This document shows positions 27,388 through 43,546 of a stretch of DNA of 64,000 bases, one piece after another. A program made the position numbers and the translations under genes. Where the stretch lies: the NCBI RefSeq assembly GCF_009914755.1, contig NC_060947.1; one strand, given 5' to 3'. Below the pieces are notes generated by a model. That model did not search any database and was not told the origin of the DNA. It saw nothing but the letters and a program-made list of their open reading frames with translations. Every line of letters begins with the position of its first letter. Within the stretch, counting starts at the first letter, position 1. The stretch is from the human T2T-CHM13v2.0 reference genome, Homo sapiens.

Positions 27388-27575
27388 TTTTTTTTTTTAA
27401 CTTTTATTTTAGGTTCAGGGGTACATTGTGCAGGTTATATAGGTAAACTCATGTCATAGGGGTTTGTTGTACACATAATGCAAGCAAGATACACAGAGCA
27501 GCTTAATGTTGTATGCTGCTGGGGTTTTGTAGTAATTTGTTATGCAGCAATATTGTAGCAATAGATAACTGATAC
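27388..27575. mobile_element. Short antisense L1PA 3' end (about 27388-27472) followed by an MLT1-like LTR 3' fragment
   Basis: Poly-T then aacttttattttaggttcaggggtaca, followed by gtaatttgttatgcagcaata...atagataactgatac. Confidence 0.7.
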
Positions 27576-28049
27576 GACAACACTTGACACAGCGCAAGTC
27601 CTCAAAAAAACGTTTAACACAACATTCAGGGAGGAAGGAGGTTGCAAATATTTTATCTTATTCTTCCATCCTGGTGAGTTAAGTGTTCTCTCTCTTTTCT
27701 CCACATTCATCAGAGCCCAAAGGGTAAACAGAAGTTTCTAGAAACATTGCTTTTTAGAGTTAGGAACACTAATTTTAAAGGACAGAGAAAGGTTATTAAT
27801 TTTTTACTTATTGTACTATGTTTATCTTTAACTAACAAATAAAAATGAAAAGAAAACAGGAGAAGGAATGCTCTCTTGACCCAGAATTCTCTTACCCAAG
27901 TCATCCATCACGCTTCTCAAGAAACACACACAATGCAACTGAGACAAGGTAACATACATGACAGATCAACTGTAATTGCTAATTGATAGAATTTCTTAGC
28001 TGGTAGTGGGTAGAAGGGTGTTGGGTATTTGTCATGTTATTCTTGATCC

Positions 28050-28540
28050 TTTTTTATTGTGGTAAAGCATTCATAACATAAAATTTACCATCTTAACCAT
28101 TTTAAGTGTACAGTTCAGTGGCATTAAGTACACTCACATTGTTGTGCAACTATCGCCAACATCCATCTCCAGAAGTCTTTTCATTTTGCAAAACTGAAAT
28201 TATATACCTATGAAACAATAACTGCCCATTATCCCTCCCTCAGCCCCTGCAAACCACCATCCTACTTTCTGTCTCTATACATTTGACTACTCTAGGTACC
28301 TCACATAAGTGGAATCATATAGTATTTGTCTGTTTGTGTCTGGTTTATTTCACTTAGCATAATGTCCTCAAAGTTCATCCATGTTACAGCATGTGTCATA
28401 ATTTCTTTCCTTTTTAAGGCTGGATAATATTTGTTTATCAATTCATCCTCAATGAACACTTGGGTTGCTTCCACCTTTTGCCTATTGCGAATAATGCTGC
28501 TCTGAATGTGGGTGTGCAAATATTTGTTCAAGTCCCTTGT
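28050..28540 (-). mobile_element. L1MB 3' end
   Basis: cataacataaaatttaccatcttaaccattttaagtgtacagttcagtggcattaag...; ORF2 C-terminal remnant in the ORF track. Confidence 0.9.
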
Positions 28541-28612
28541 TGATCCCTTTCTATGTGTCTCTGTTAAAACCTCATTTTGAAATATTAAACATGCTTTAAA
28601 AAATATCACTTA

Positions 28613-28891
28613 GGCCGGGCGTGGTGGCTCATGCCTGTAATCCCAGCATTTTGGGAGGCCGAGGCAGGCAGATCACAAGGTCAAGAGATTGAGACTATCT
28701 TGGCCAACATGGTGAAACCCAGTATCTACTAAAAATACAAAAACGTGCTGGGCGCGGTGGAACGTGACTGTAAGTCCCAGCTACTCAGGAGGCTGAAGCA
28801 GGAGAATCACTTGAACCCGGTTGCAGTGAGCCGAGATCACACCACTGCACTCCAGCCTGGAAACAGAGCGAGACACCATCTCAAATAAAAA
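28613..28891 (+). mobile_element. Alu (Sc-like, small internal deletion)
   Basis: TSD tatcacttag on both sides. Confidence 0.95.
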
Positions 28892-29031
28892 AGTATCACT
28901 TAGCTAGCAATCTTTAGCTATCATCTAACAGGTTGAGGAGAAGGAACTGGCAGCTAGAATTTGTGATTCTATCCCACACCCACTGAAATAAATATGGAGA
29001 TGATATGCAAAAGCCTTTGGAAGAGGCAGTT

Positions 29032-29262
29032 CAGGTTGAATATCCCTCATCAGAAAAGCTTGGGACCAGAAGTGTCTTGGATTTCAGATTTTTTTTTCAT
29101 GTTTTGGAATATTTGCATTATACTTGCCAGTTGAGTATCTGTAATCTGATATCCAAAATGCTCCAATGAGCATTTTCTTTAAACGTCACGTCAGCACATA
29201 AAAAGTTTCAGATTTTGGAGCATTTCAGATTTTGGATTTTCACATTTGGGATGCTAAACCTG
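29032..29262 (+). mobile_element. Tigger4a/MER46-type DNA transposon MITE
   Basis: Terminal inverted repeats CAGGTTGAATATCCC ... GGGATGCTAAACCTG followed by TA. Confidence 0.85.
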
Positions 29263-31134
29263 TATTCTGAAGCATGCTGAGCTGAAGGCAAAGTGAATAC
29301 ACATCTCACCACCTGCCCAACCTTGTGCAATCAAGCTGAGTAAAGACTGGCAGAAACCCATGCTGCCATGCAGTAGGTGAGAATGGGTGGTTTACCAAAG
29401 ACAGAAACATTATTTTAACTTCATTACTCAACAAAATCACCATGGGGCATTCTCAGCAAAGAATTCTTTGAAGCTCTCCAGAGGCTTCTGACTGGTCATG
29501 TGGGAACTTGATTTGTTCAACAAATGTTTGTCAGCTGTAGGAGCTAGAATGGGCTGATGGTACACAGACTGGACCCCAATATTTCTTCCTGGGAACGTTG
29601 GGGAGGGTTTGCAAAGAGAGAAGTGGGATGCTTAAGCTTTTCAACATTTCCAAAAGCTTAATAACCAAATGAGGGCTCACAGGTTAAAATGCTTTGAGGA
29701 CTCTATATAAACAGTACCATGACCCTGAACTGGAGAACTAGTTATGTTCTGATGAAGATAGGAACAAAAGCTTTTAGAAACCATGCCCAGCTGAAGACAT
29801 ACTAGAAACTTCTCAACCTTTCAACTTGCAGATGAAGAAATCGATGCTTAAAAAGGTGAAATAACCTTCCCAACATTGATAATGGCTGATAGAGCTGAGA
29901 ATTATTCAGATGAAGATAATTCCAGTGAGGGTGTCTGAATCATCCTGGGCAGAAGTCATGGGGAGATAAAGGCACAGAAATGCTTTTCCAGCCTCAAGGA
30001 GATAACAGTCTGATTCCAAGCCACTGAAAACAGGCAGGATATTTGTAAACTGTTACTAAGTCTTGCTGGTTACCCCCAGGCCCACTTGCCTCTGGCCACA
30101 GAATCTTAGGGTTGAAGGGGAGGCCGTCCAGGCCTGTGTGGTTTCGTTTTCTTTGTTTCAGTACAAAGCTGACACTCATCAGCTCTAATAAATGATCACT
30201 TTCCATTTTCCACTTCAACTTGGGCTTTTGGCAGAATGAGTTCATACATCAATGTGAATGGATCGATACAGTTCATAATTTATGAACATGTGGAAGGAGA
30301 GAGACTGATCCTACAAAATCCCCAGCTGATGCTTACCTCTCTTCCTTCTTGCTGCCTAGGTTTGGTCATTTTTAAATTTATGATCACCTCCACCTGAGAG
30401 GATCAGCAGGAAGTGAGAAAAGTGAAATCACATCCTATATAAGCCTTTCTAATAAAAAGGTTTAGAGTTAAACTGCAAAAGCATTTCTGTGGGTCATTCC
30501 TGGATTTCAATGGTCCATTTTATTCCCATCAACTCTGTGAAAAGGTAACTAAGAGCTAATGACACACACTTAAATATACCCACACCCTAAGGGCCCACTC
30601 CAGAATGGGATGGTCCTTAGAAAGTATGGAAGAGAAGGATGGAGAGAGAGTCAGAGGAAGAAAGGAACAGAGGAAAGAAGGAAGAAGGGAGAGAAGGAGG
30701 GAGGAAAGGAGTCTCTTCAACATTAATGTGAATTGCACATGAGTTCTGTGCAAGAAGGGCAAGAGCTACAGGGCCAAAGCTTAGGAGGGAACATGTAAAG
30801 TTTTTAAAGTATATGTATACGTATGAAATAGAAACAGGATTTTCATTTCTAGTGTATGCTGGTTTTCCCATCCCTAACCACACAGTGCCAGACCCATCAG
30901 TAACTGAGCGATTTTTTTTTTCCTTTTTGTACATAGTTTCAACTGCCTTACCTTTTATCTCAATGATGTAGTCAAAAGTAAATTACAAAGGAAGCTAATT
31001 TCTTCAAAAAGAAATAAACTACTTCTAGTGATATTATCAAAGAGCTGCTTTAAAGCTTTTTTTTAAAAAAGGTCAAATATAAAACAACTGGTATCATTTT
31101 TTCCCTAAACAATATTTAAAAAAAATAACTATTA

Positions 31135-31228
31135 AGCACTTTGAGCAGCCAAGTTGGGAGAATCACTAGAGGCTAGGAGTTTAAGACCAGCCTGGGCAAC
31201 ATAGCAGAACTCTATTTCCATAAAAGAA
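31135..31228 (+). mobile_element. Truncated Alu monomer
   Basis: Alu left-arm piece; TSD aataactattaagca on both sides. Confidence 0.85.
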
Positions 31229-31808
31229 ATAACTATTAAGCAGCACGCTGTGTTCATTTGTTTGCTTTAATCTCTCAAATAATGTGGGCTAGCAAAGGGG
31301 TAAAATAATTAAAGGGAAAACTCAGTGGCAAACTATCTGGGAATTTTTATTTTCCTTTGTAAGGAATGACAATACCAAAGAATCCATCCAAGTGGGCCCT
31401 AGGGAGAAAAGAAGGGGGCAGAGAGGAAAAAGAAGCAAGAAGAGACTAAGGGTGGGAGGGGAGAAAAGAGCTTCTCAGGCCACCCCCACAGGGATTGTCA
31501 CCTCCCTGCTCTAGTGTTACAGAATCTTCAACAAGCAAGCTGCAGGTGGTTAGAGAGATAAATTTTACCTAAATTGAAATCTTAGAACAATACTAATCAT
31601 TAATCATTCATAATACTAGGTTCCTGACAGGCAAAACTGATGCATAATCACATAGTCCAAAATTAACTTTCCCTCCCTGGTCCTGATGAAAGTGATGAGG
31701 AATCAAATATCAGAGAAGGAAAAGCCCAGAAATGAAGGAAAAGCTAGGTCTGGCCCATGTACTCCAACAAAAAGGGAAGAGTACACATCTATATAGAAAA
31801 TAAACTGA

Positions 31809-32147
<339 letters not shown>

Positions 32148-33004
32148 TACACTTTCATTTATAAAACCTTGGGCAAAAGGGTAAAATCAAATATAGATTA
32201 AAATGTTCACATGAAATTGAAACCTTCCCTTGTCTTGTATACATTCTCGCACTCGCCATCGCATGTTACACAAGTGAATGTGAAAATTTTAGGACCCTTC
32301 TCTTTGAGCACAGTGTTACCCTTCTAACTTAGCTCCACCTTCAATCTCATTACTCAAGATCTAGTTGCAATTTCCTCCTCTGAAACTATTTCACCTTCTC
32401 TCTCTCTAGTAAACTGCCTGTGGTCAGGCCAAGACCTAGGTTTAGTACTTATTCTAGGATCCACTCTTAAAACAGATGTTTAATAAGTCTCCTCTCTCCC
32501 TCGGTACTCAGAAACCAAAGACAATTTCTCTGAATCACAGAATTTCAACAGCTTCCCCTTAACCATGTAACTTAATAAGTTAGTTCTCCCTCTGGTAGTT
32601 TGCCTTGAAGTAACTTGTTTTTCAAAAGGATTAGGGTATATGAGTACAAGCATATACTTCATTCAACAATTAAAGTGAGCTCCAAGATGAATAAGATGTG
32701 GTTTCTTTCCTTCAAGCGCCTTATAATCTAGTAAAGAAAATAAAAACCTAAACATGCACAACACTTGCGGAAGAATAAAAATGCATTAATAGAATGAAAT
32801 GCAGCCCCAAATATATAAAAAAATTCATTTAAGATCAGATCACTAAGATCAGATTACAAATCATTAAGATCAGATGACTAAGGTTTTCCTTTTTTCATTT
32901 AATATACTGTCATAGTTGAAAAACCAAACAAAAACAGTTGTTTTCATAATATGAACTAATGAAAGTTAGCTTTTGATTTTTTTTGAGGTTTGCACATGTC
33001 CACT

Positions 33005-33210
33005 TTTTTAAGTTTTCTTTTCAATTGACGCATAATAATTGTACATATTTATGGGGTAGAGTGTGATGTTATGATCCATGTATACATTGTATAATGATCA
33101 TGTAAGGGTATTTAGCTTATCCATCGCCTCAAATATTTATCATTTCTTTGTAGTGAAAACTTCAAAATCTTCTGTTTATTTTGAAATATACAATATAACA
33201 CTGTTAACAG
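33005..33210 (-). mobile_element. L1MA 3' end fragment
   Basis: ataataattgtacatatttatgggg...tatcatttctttgtagtgaaaac. Confidence 0.8.
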
Positions 33211-33229
33211 CTGCATATATATACATATA

Positions 33230-33469
33230 TAATCATCCCTCAGTATTCCCGGCAGATTGGTTCCAGGACCCTTAGCGCATCCCAAAATCCACACATCCTT
33301 AAGTCTCGCAATTGGCTCTGTGGAACTCAAGCACGGGAAAAATCGGCCCTCTGTATACACAGGTTTGGCATCCCACAAATGCTGTATTATCTATCTGCAT
33401 TTGGCTGAAAAAAATCTACATATAAGTGGACCTGTGCAGTTCAAAGCTGTGTTGTTCAAGGGTCAACTG
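33230..33469 (+). mobile_element. MER8 (TcMar-Tigger)
   Basis: ...gattggttccaggaccc...gtgttgttcaagggtcaactg followed by TA. Confidence 0.85.
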
Positions 33470-33503
33470 TATATATAAAATTCCTTAATTTGGATAAAAA
33501 TCC

Positions 33504-33506
<3 letters not shown>

Positions 33507-33544
<38 letters not shown>
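33507..33544. repeat. (AC)19 microsatellite
   Basis: Perfect AC run. Confidence 0.97.
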
Positions 33545-33545
<1 letters not shown>

Positions 33546-33699
33546 CGTTCTATCCAAGCCAAGGAATTTTTGTTTCTAAAATATCATTTGTTCAAATACA
33601 GCATTTTATAATTTCCACTTATCCACCTTCTGAAAACTAGTGACTGATAGGTACTAATAATTTTCTAAATATAAAAGAGGAACTTTTTTTAATTAGCAA

Positions 33700-35020
33700 G
33701 AGTGTTCCACAAGGGCTATTGTAAAGAAATCTTCAAAAGTTAAATTCCTCTACGTACCAGCAATACAAAAAATATGAGGGGAAAGATCCTATTTACAAAA
33801 GCCAACAATAACCACTATCTATCTGGGAATAACGTCATCAACAAGCAAGACTGCACAAATAAAACTGTAACACTTGACTCAACAGAGTGACATCCCATGT
33901 CACTGGCTGACTAGAATAAGCTGTTTAGAATTCAGAAGGGGATAGATGTTTTAATTTACAAGAATTAGCCTACTGTGATGTTTGGGGAGGAGAGGTGGGG
34001 GAGAAAAGGTTTTCACTTATATACTTGTATATAAAGTTGGTTTATGCAACAATGCAAAGCTTTAAACAAAAATGTTAGAAAAATGTTAATTCTTCTAAAA
34101 GTGACTTATAATTTGAATGAAATTAAAATTTTAACTTGATGACATGATTTTAAAATAAATGAGAGTAACTAAATCCTTTTTGAAAATGAAGGGTGATAGG
34201 AAGGCTGAAAGCTTGCCATACAATATATTAAAATATATTATAAAGCCATAATAGTTAACCATATTAAGAATGGTAAAACAAATTAATGGTATAGAATTGA
34301 AAGCCCAAAGACTTTCATATATATAATAATATTATATGATAAATGAGGTATCATACAATCACTGGAAAGGGCTATTCAATAAATGGTCCTGGAAAAGTGG
34401 CTATTTCAAAATAAAAATCAATTTGTATACTAACCTCATACTACACATCAAAATTCTATACAGATTAAAATTTTGAAGTAAAAAATGAAGCCAGTATAAA
34501 AAAAGGAGATAAGCTAGGTGATAATTTATTCAGAGAAATCACAAAAGAAAGCATCAATATACCAATCTACATAAAAATTTACTATTTCTGTGCATCAAAA
34601 TCAATCGTAAACAAAATGAAAAGCAAACAAATTGGGAAGCAAAATTTGCCATGAATGACAAAGGAATAGTACACCAACCAGTAAAAAAAAAAATAAGGAC
34701 CTCAATATAAAGTGCAAAGATTATTAACAAATGACGGAAGAAAAAATGTTCAAGCACTCGATTAATCTGAGAAATTCAAGCTTAGAACACTAAGCAGCAC
34801 TCTCCCCACTTCAGTAGTGAGACAGATCAGTGCAAGCTTTCAGGAAGTCAATTTGATAATGAATCCAAGTACCATAAAATATACACACACTTTTGTCCAG
34901 TAATTCCACATCTGAGAAATCTTTCCTAAAGAAATCATCAGAGCTGTGGATAAAGATTTATGAGCAAAAATAGCCAACGCAGTTACTGACAACGGCAAGA
35001 AAAACTGGAAACATAAATGG
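33700..35020 (+). mobile_element. Highly degenerate L1M ORF2 relic
   Basis: A-rich strand with L1 ORF2 motifs (tattcaataaatggt..ctggaaaa..tgg; ccagtaattccacatctgagaa). Confidence 0.55.
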
Positions 35021-35419
35021 ATTCTTTCCTTTCTAGCAGAGGCTCTTTCTACGAAGCACAGAATTTAGAATATAAGAGGTTTGGCTTTTGATTTACAGAG
35101 AATCTCATTTTTTTCTCAAGAAATGAACAATAGGATGCCACAGCCAGTTCTCTACCCTTCTCAAATCGATTATCTAATATTTGGGTCACCCTTAGCAAAA
35201 CAGTGTCTTTTTGATCCCTCAGACCTACTATCTCCTAGGCAACTGATTGAATAAAGAAAAATATAAAGCTTTGCTGAGAAATATATAATTTTAAAGACTT
35301 GAATAAATGGAATGACACATCTTGTCCCTCAGCTGTGGGAAGGAGGTTAGTGGTAGGGGACATAAAAGAGAAAGAGGCAGACAGACAGACATAGCATTTT
35401 AACCCCAATTTGTGTTGTA

Positions 35420-36990
<1,571 letters not shown>

Positions 36991-37704
36991 GTGATCACAG
37001 GTTGTTTCATGAAAACACGTTTTATTATTTTCCATAAATCTCTAATTCCTTCCCAATGCTCTGGGGTCTTACTAGCAGTTTACTACTTTTAATAGCAATT
37101 ACTACTGTATTCAGTGAGTGACACCCTACCCCACTTCACTCTATTGCCTCCCTATCCCAAAACCTATTTTCTTTACTCATTTTTAATCTTCACAATTGCC
37201 CTGAAGGAATTAACAAGAGCATTTCCTTGTTTTACAAATGGGAAACCTGGAAACACAGGGGGAATCTGCAACTTGTCTAAAGTGCTGCAGAAGCTGTGGA
37301 GGTGCAGCAGGAGTGGTCTGGGTCCTCCCAACAGCCATCCTCCCTGCAATAAGGTCCTGCTGCCACTGAACCTATTCAGGTCTCCAGAGAAACACAAATG
37401 CGACAAGCAGGCTAGTCCTCCTCAAATGCTCTTTTTCATGCACAGGCACATGCAGAGGAAGCTTCTGGCTGGTCTCTCTTTCCCTTCCTGGTTGAAACAA
37501 TGAGGGCAGCCCACCTGGCACTGCAGCTGGGCCCGCTGTTGGCCTAATCATGAGTTAGGGAGGTGGGCCATGAAATGTCCTCATTGTTTGGGTACAACAG
37601 TCTTAAGGCTTCAGAAGCACAAAAAGCCAAGAATCCAAAGACTAAGCTGAGGCTGCACATGGCATCAGAGAGACCAGGCTGTGATGACAGATCAACAGAT
37701 ATAA

Positions 37705-38138
<434 letters not shown>

Positions 38139-39590
38139 TAGCAGTTCCCTACCCAGAAAAACTTCCCTTTGGAAAGGAGGCTCCCACGTGGGGCTTAGCC
38201 AAGGCCAGAGCCAAGGAGTGTCCTTTTCAATTCCCTGGGCAGAGGCTCCATGTTCGTTCGCCTGGGATGTCAATAAGTGGGTCCCTCTGTAACCTCTGTA
38301 ACTCTGTGATTCCAGAATTCTAAAAAGGCAGGCTATGTGGTTTTTCCTCACAACCCCACATGTGGATTTATTACTTGAACTCAAATGCCAGCCTGTTTCA
38401 CTAGTAGGGAGAGAAGAAGGCTCTTCTTTATAAACGTTCAGTGTTTTAATGGCATCGGGAAAAGCTAAGACTTCTGTCTTTCAGTCAAAGCAAGTAGAGA
38501 AGGCAATGAGACTATGTTGACTATGTAGAGACTGTCATCATAATAAAAACCACCTCTGGAATCGCAGGTTCCATCGTGATCCAAGTCCCAGGTAGACCTG
38601 AACACCCTGGCCTCACCAGTTGCTAGGTTGGGTCCCCTCAGCCTGCTTTTCATGCCAAAGCCCAGACTAGGACTTCCACTCATGTGTCTAAGCCTCATTC
38701 TTAGATACAAGGACCCAAGAAATGATCAGAGGGAAAATTCCCTTTCAGCTTGTCACTTGAAAAACTACCAAGAGGACTGGCTTTCAAGTTTCAGATTCAA
38801 AGAATGTTCTCCTAGCATCATCTAACTCATGTTTTTTGACAGCGCAGGCTTAAGAAGCCTCGCCAGTCATTTCTCTGAGTGCCAGCACCACCATCTCCAC
38901 TCACTTACTCAAACATTTCCCATGAGAGGTGGAACCTGAAGATTATCTTGGGGATGCTTACAGAGCTCCTTGTCCTGTATCTTAAAGCCCAACATATCCC
39001 AAAGTGGAGTCTTAACTAGTATCCAATAACATGCAGTTCCATGATCAAAGATAAGCAGGTCTCCTTACCATAGGCCATCTGAGAGCCTGTACTATGCTAA
39101 TGTGCTTGTCAGTCTCCAAGATGGTGTTAGTGCTGCAGCTGAAATTTGACGAGAGAGGCAATTTTCTCTCCCCGCTTGTCTGCCTGTCTCTCCCCGCATC
39201 CCTCCTTTGTGGAATAGTCAGAAGGGCTATAATTCCATACAACACACACTGAGAAATGCTGGGCTGGTTTCTATCTGAGCATGTCACGCTTGGTGCAAGG
39301 TCTCGTCACTAGTAGATGGAAATATACAATAGGACCCACTTTCACGACATGCCTCATACAAACGTGGGCACACTAAGATCCAACTCAGGCCTTGTGAAAA
39401 TAAGCACCATATACAATGGTGCAATGTGATTGAACCCAAAGCTATCCTCAGAGCCTAGTGTACTGTGTGGAGCTTGCACAGTTCCAGCATTCTATACTGT
39501 GTGAATTATAAACTCCTCTGCAACATGAGCAAACTTCAGTGGGCACCGATTATACGGACTCTGACTTTTACAAAGGTACTTAAGGATTCA

Positions 39591-39947
<357 letters not shown>

Positions 39948-40147
39948 GACTTATATGTGCCTTATGCAGAGAGTTTGGAACTCTGAATGCATTATTCCCA
40001 TAGAAGCAAAGTTATAAATGGTGATTAAGTTCCCAGACTGACCCACAATGCAGCTAAAATAAGTCATATCTGCAATATTATCAACAACTAAAAACTGAAA
40101 AATAATGAGAATAAAAGACATTTTTATTTATCAAAAATACTTATGCT

Positions 40148-40330
40148 CAGTGACATACCAAGCGGGGGCAGTCTGTGCCCAGGCAAGAAGGGGGCTGCCT
40201 GTAGAGAATTCACAAACAATAATGAAACAACAATGAAGCCAAAAAGTTAGTTGGCTTTTTACTTTCGCCACCTGCTGACAATTGAAAACAACATTGGTAA
40301 TAAAATATTGCTCCTTTGAGGAAAAATGGG
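40148..40330 (+). mobile_element. MER96B-like hAT fragment
   Basis: cagtgacatacc...ctgtagagaattcacaaacaataat...gctttttacttt...taataaaatattgctcc. Confidence 0.55.
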
Positions 40331-42999
40331 TTCAACAAAAAGTGAAGAAGAAGTAGATAAGGGTACTTGGAGCTATTAGGCAGGAGATTTTGGCATACAT
40401 ACCTACAGGGATTTCAGTGTGATTCTTTATTTTGTCCAAATTAATATCTATATCTAGAGTCATGCCTATGGGAGTCCTTTTTTTTTTTTAATCCTCATTA
40501 ACAATAATCCTGGTCCATAGGGGTATCACAGATAGAACAAGGATCAGGACACAGATTATATGAGTTCAAAGAGCAATTCTTAGGCGAAAAAGCAAAAGGG
40601 CTAAAAAAATCCATAAGTAATGTGAGAAGCCGTGGGTCTGGGATGGAACTGCACAAATAGTGAACACTGAGTCAGAGGAATCAAAGGCATCCTCCATCAA
40701 GATTCTCCCAAGGAGAAGGAAAAGGTGGGCAGAAAGAGGAGTTTCCTAGGAGAGCCACCAGGTGGAGCCACCACCACAAACCCACTTCATGGCTTGTCCT
40801 CTGGGTGGATTTGGGCGGACACCAGCAGGAGTATGGCGGGAGTCTTAAACCCATGACTAACCCATGGGAGACTCATTAGTGTTAATGCCTTGAAATCAGA
40901 AGACACAGAGATAGAAAGGAGATTAAACATAACAGAAAAAAAAATCTAAAAACCGATTTTATCAATGACCCACACATAATCGCAACATGATGGCTATACC
41001 CTCCTATGTAGTTCTTACCATGCATTTCACCACCCCTCACTCTAGGCTCAATAGGTTCAGAAAATAACATGAAAAAGGGTAACACACACTCCAACATCAA
41101 TTGCTGGTGCTAACAACGCAGTGTCCCAATAAAACTTGCCAGAAATGCAGTCAGGGATCAGTTAGTTTAAAAGACTTCTTTAAAGGCTCTTGACTCCAGA
41201 GCTTTTGAGAATGAAGGCCCACTGGAAAATAAGACTATAGATGCGTATACAGATACATTCACACAGACGTATATATTACTGAATGACTATGTATCATATC
41301 TATCCCCATTCACTGCCAGATCGCCAGATTTTCATTTCCCCTGGGAAAGACCAGCTCAGGTGATAGCCAAGAGCTTCTACACAACAGTAATGTCTTCTGT
41401 TAACTCTTATTCTATCTGTCCATAAACACCAGCTCCTTAAGTCAAATAAACAGGCAATCTTGAAACTCAAAGAAAAGTCTGACCCCAAATGGCACATTTT
41501 CAGATTCCCAGTTAACTGGCAAGAATTCACATTTATTTCTCCAATAGAAAATTTGAAAGAAACAAAGTCTCATCTCTACAAACAAACCCCCAGATCTCAC
41601 ATTTACCTTAAACAACAAACCACTGGCAAACCAAAGAGGTTGACATTTTCTTTACTAAGGACATACTTCTTTCCATCCTTTGTTAACAGTTTCATTTCTG
41701 CCAAAGAGCTCACGGCCTATCAAGATCCACGCCACCGCCTTGGCGCCATGAGAAGCATTCCAGGCCCTCACACTAAAAGCTAGAAAAAACGTTTCCCCTT
41801 CAGGGGAAGTGGGGAAAGGACGGGCAGTCACTTAGATCTGTTTAGGGCTTGGAATGACCAGTGCTGAAACTATGAGAAGAAAGGTAAACATTAAGCAACA
41901 TTCTTCTGACAGCTACAGGTAGCAGACCAAACTGGAGAGCCCTTCCATGTGGCAAACACGAGGTCCATATTAATGTGGAAGAACTTCTGCACTAACTTTT
42001 AAAGCAACAGTGTGTCACCAGAGGAAGAGCAGCCGTTGATCCCTCTGTTAAGGAAAACTTTTGAATGGAACCCGTCTGAAGGATTAAACACACCAGAAAT
42101 GAACCCACAGAGCAATGTTCTACAATCAGTCATACCCACATATCAATTCAGAGAGCAACCCTCCCCCATCTTAACTTGAATCTCATGAGACAGACGATCT
42201 CACCTCGTAGCATCAGAGCTAGACCTGTTACAAATAACATCTTTTAAACCGTCAGATCTTTCAGCATTAATCTCTGGAAGGGGCAGTAAAATGCAAATGC
42301 ATAAAAAACCTTAAATAAAGATGGTAAAAGCAGTTTATCTTTGGGAAGGCAGATGCCAAAGTAGCAGAGCGACTTAAAAAGGTAACTATAAAATACATTT
42401 TGTATCAGGAGAGCATAATAATATAGCAAAAAATAGTAAATGTGCAAAATACAATAGAGACTTACCAAACACTGAATTCATGATAAACTGGAAATAGAAA
42501 CAAGGACATATAAAGCCAACCAGAAACCCACGGAGTGGCTTCACATTCAGAATGACAGAAGTAAATACAAGACACATCCCCACCTTGCCATCAAAATGAT
42601 ATAAGAAACGTGCAGCACTTTCTCAACGTTTCCCAAGGGATACAACAGACTGAGTTACTTGCAGGCAGGACTGGCTGGTGTTTTTCCAGTCTTTATCTGC
42701 CCCATCACCAAGCACAAGGGCAGATGCATAGTGGGCATGCACTAAACATGTACTATTGAATGTTCATGGGTGTCTACCAAAAAGTGAGGAAGGAACAATG
42801 TCCAAAATTCCAGGCAACAGGAGAGGTTCAGAGAGAGGCAGAGATACATCTTCTCTGCATGCACTGTTAACAGTGCAAACGAGAACCCTGAGATGGAACC
42901 TGGTCCTCACACGGGCCAGCAGGGTATTGATGACAGCCTGGATACTTAACTGATCACATGAATAAAGTTAGCCAGGAAATCCTTCTAAGGATCAAATAA

Positions 43000-43308
<309 letters not shown>

Positions 43309-43466
43309 TGATTTTTTTATTTCATTTTTAATTCAAGTAGGTAAGAGTCTATATTCAAATGGACAAAAATCCACTGTTCATTTTCAAGAACCTATTTAGG
43401 ATATATGCTAACTGTTCAAACTTCCGTTTTATTCAATTTTTCTTCTAAACTCAACATTTGAATGCG

Positions 43467-43546
43467 TTTTTTTTGTTTGTTTGTTTGTTTGTTTTTTGAG
43501 ATGGAGTTTCACTCTTGTTGCCCAGGCTGGAGTGGCACAATCTCGG
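43467..43546 (-). mobile_element. Severely 5'-truncated Alu (about 80 nt)
   Basis: (TTTG)n tail plus the last ~50 nt of Alu; TSD catttgaatgc at 43455-43465 and 43547-43557. Confidence 0.9.
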
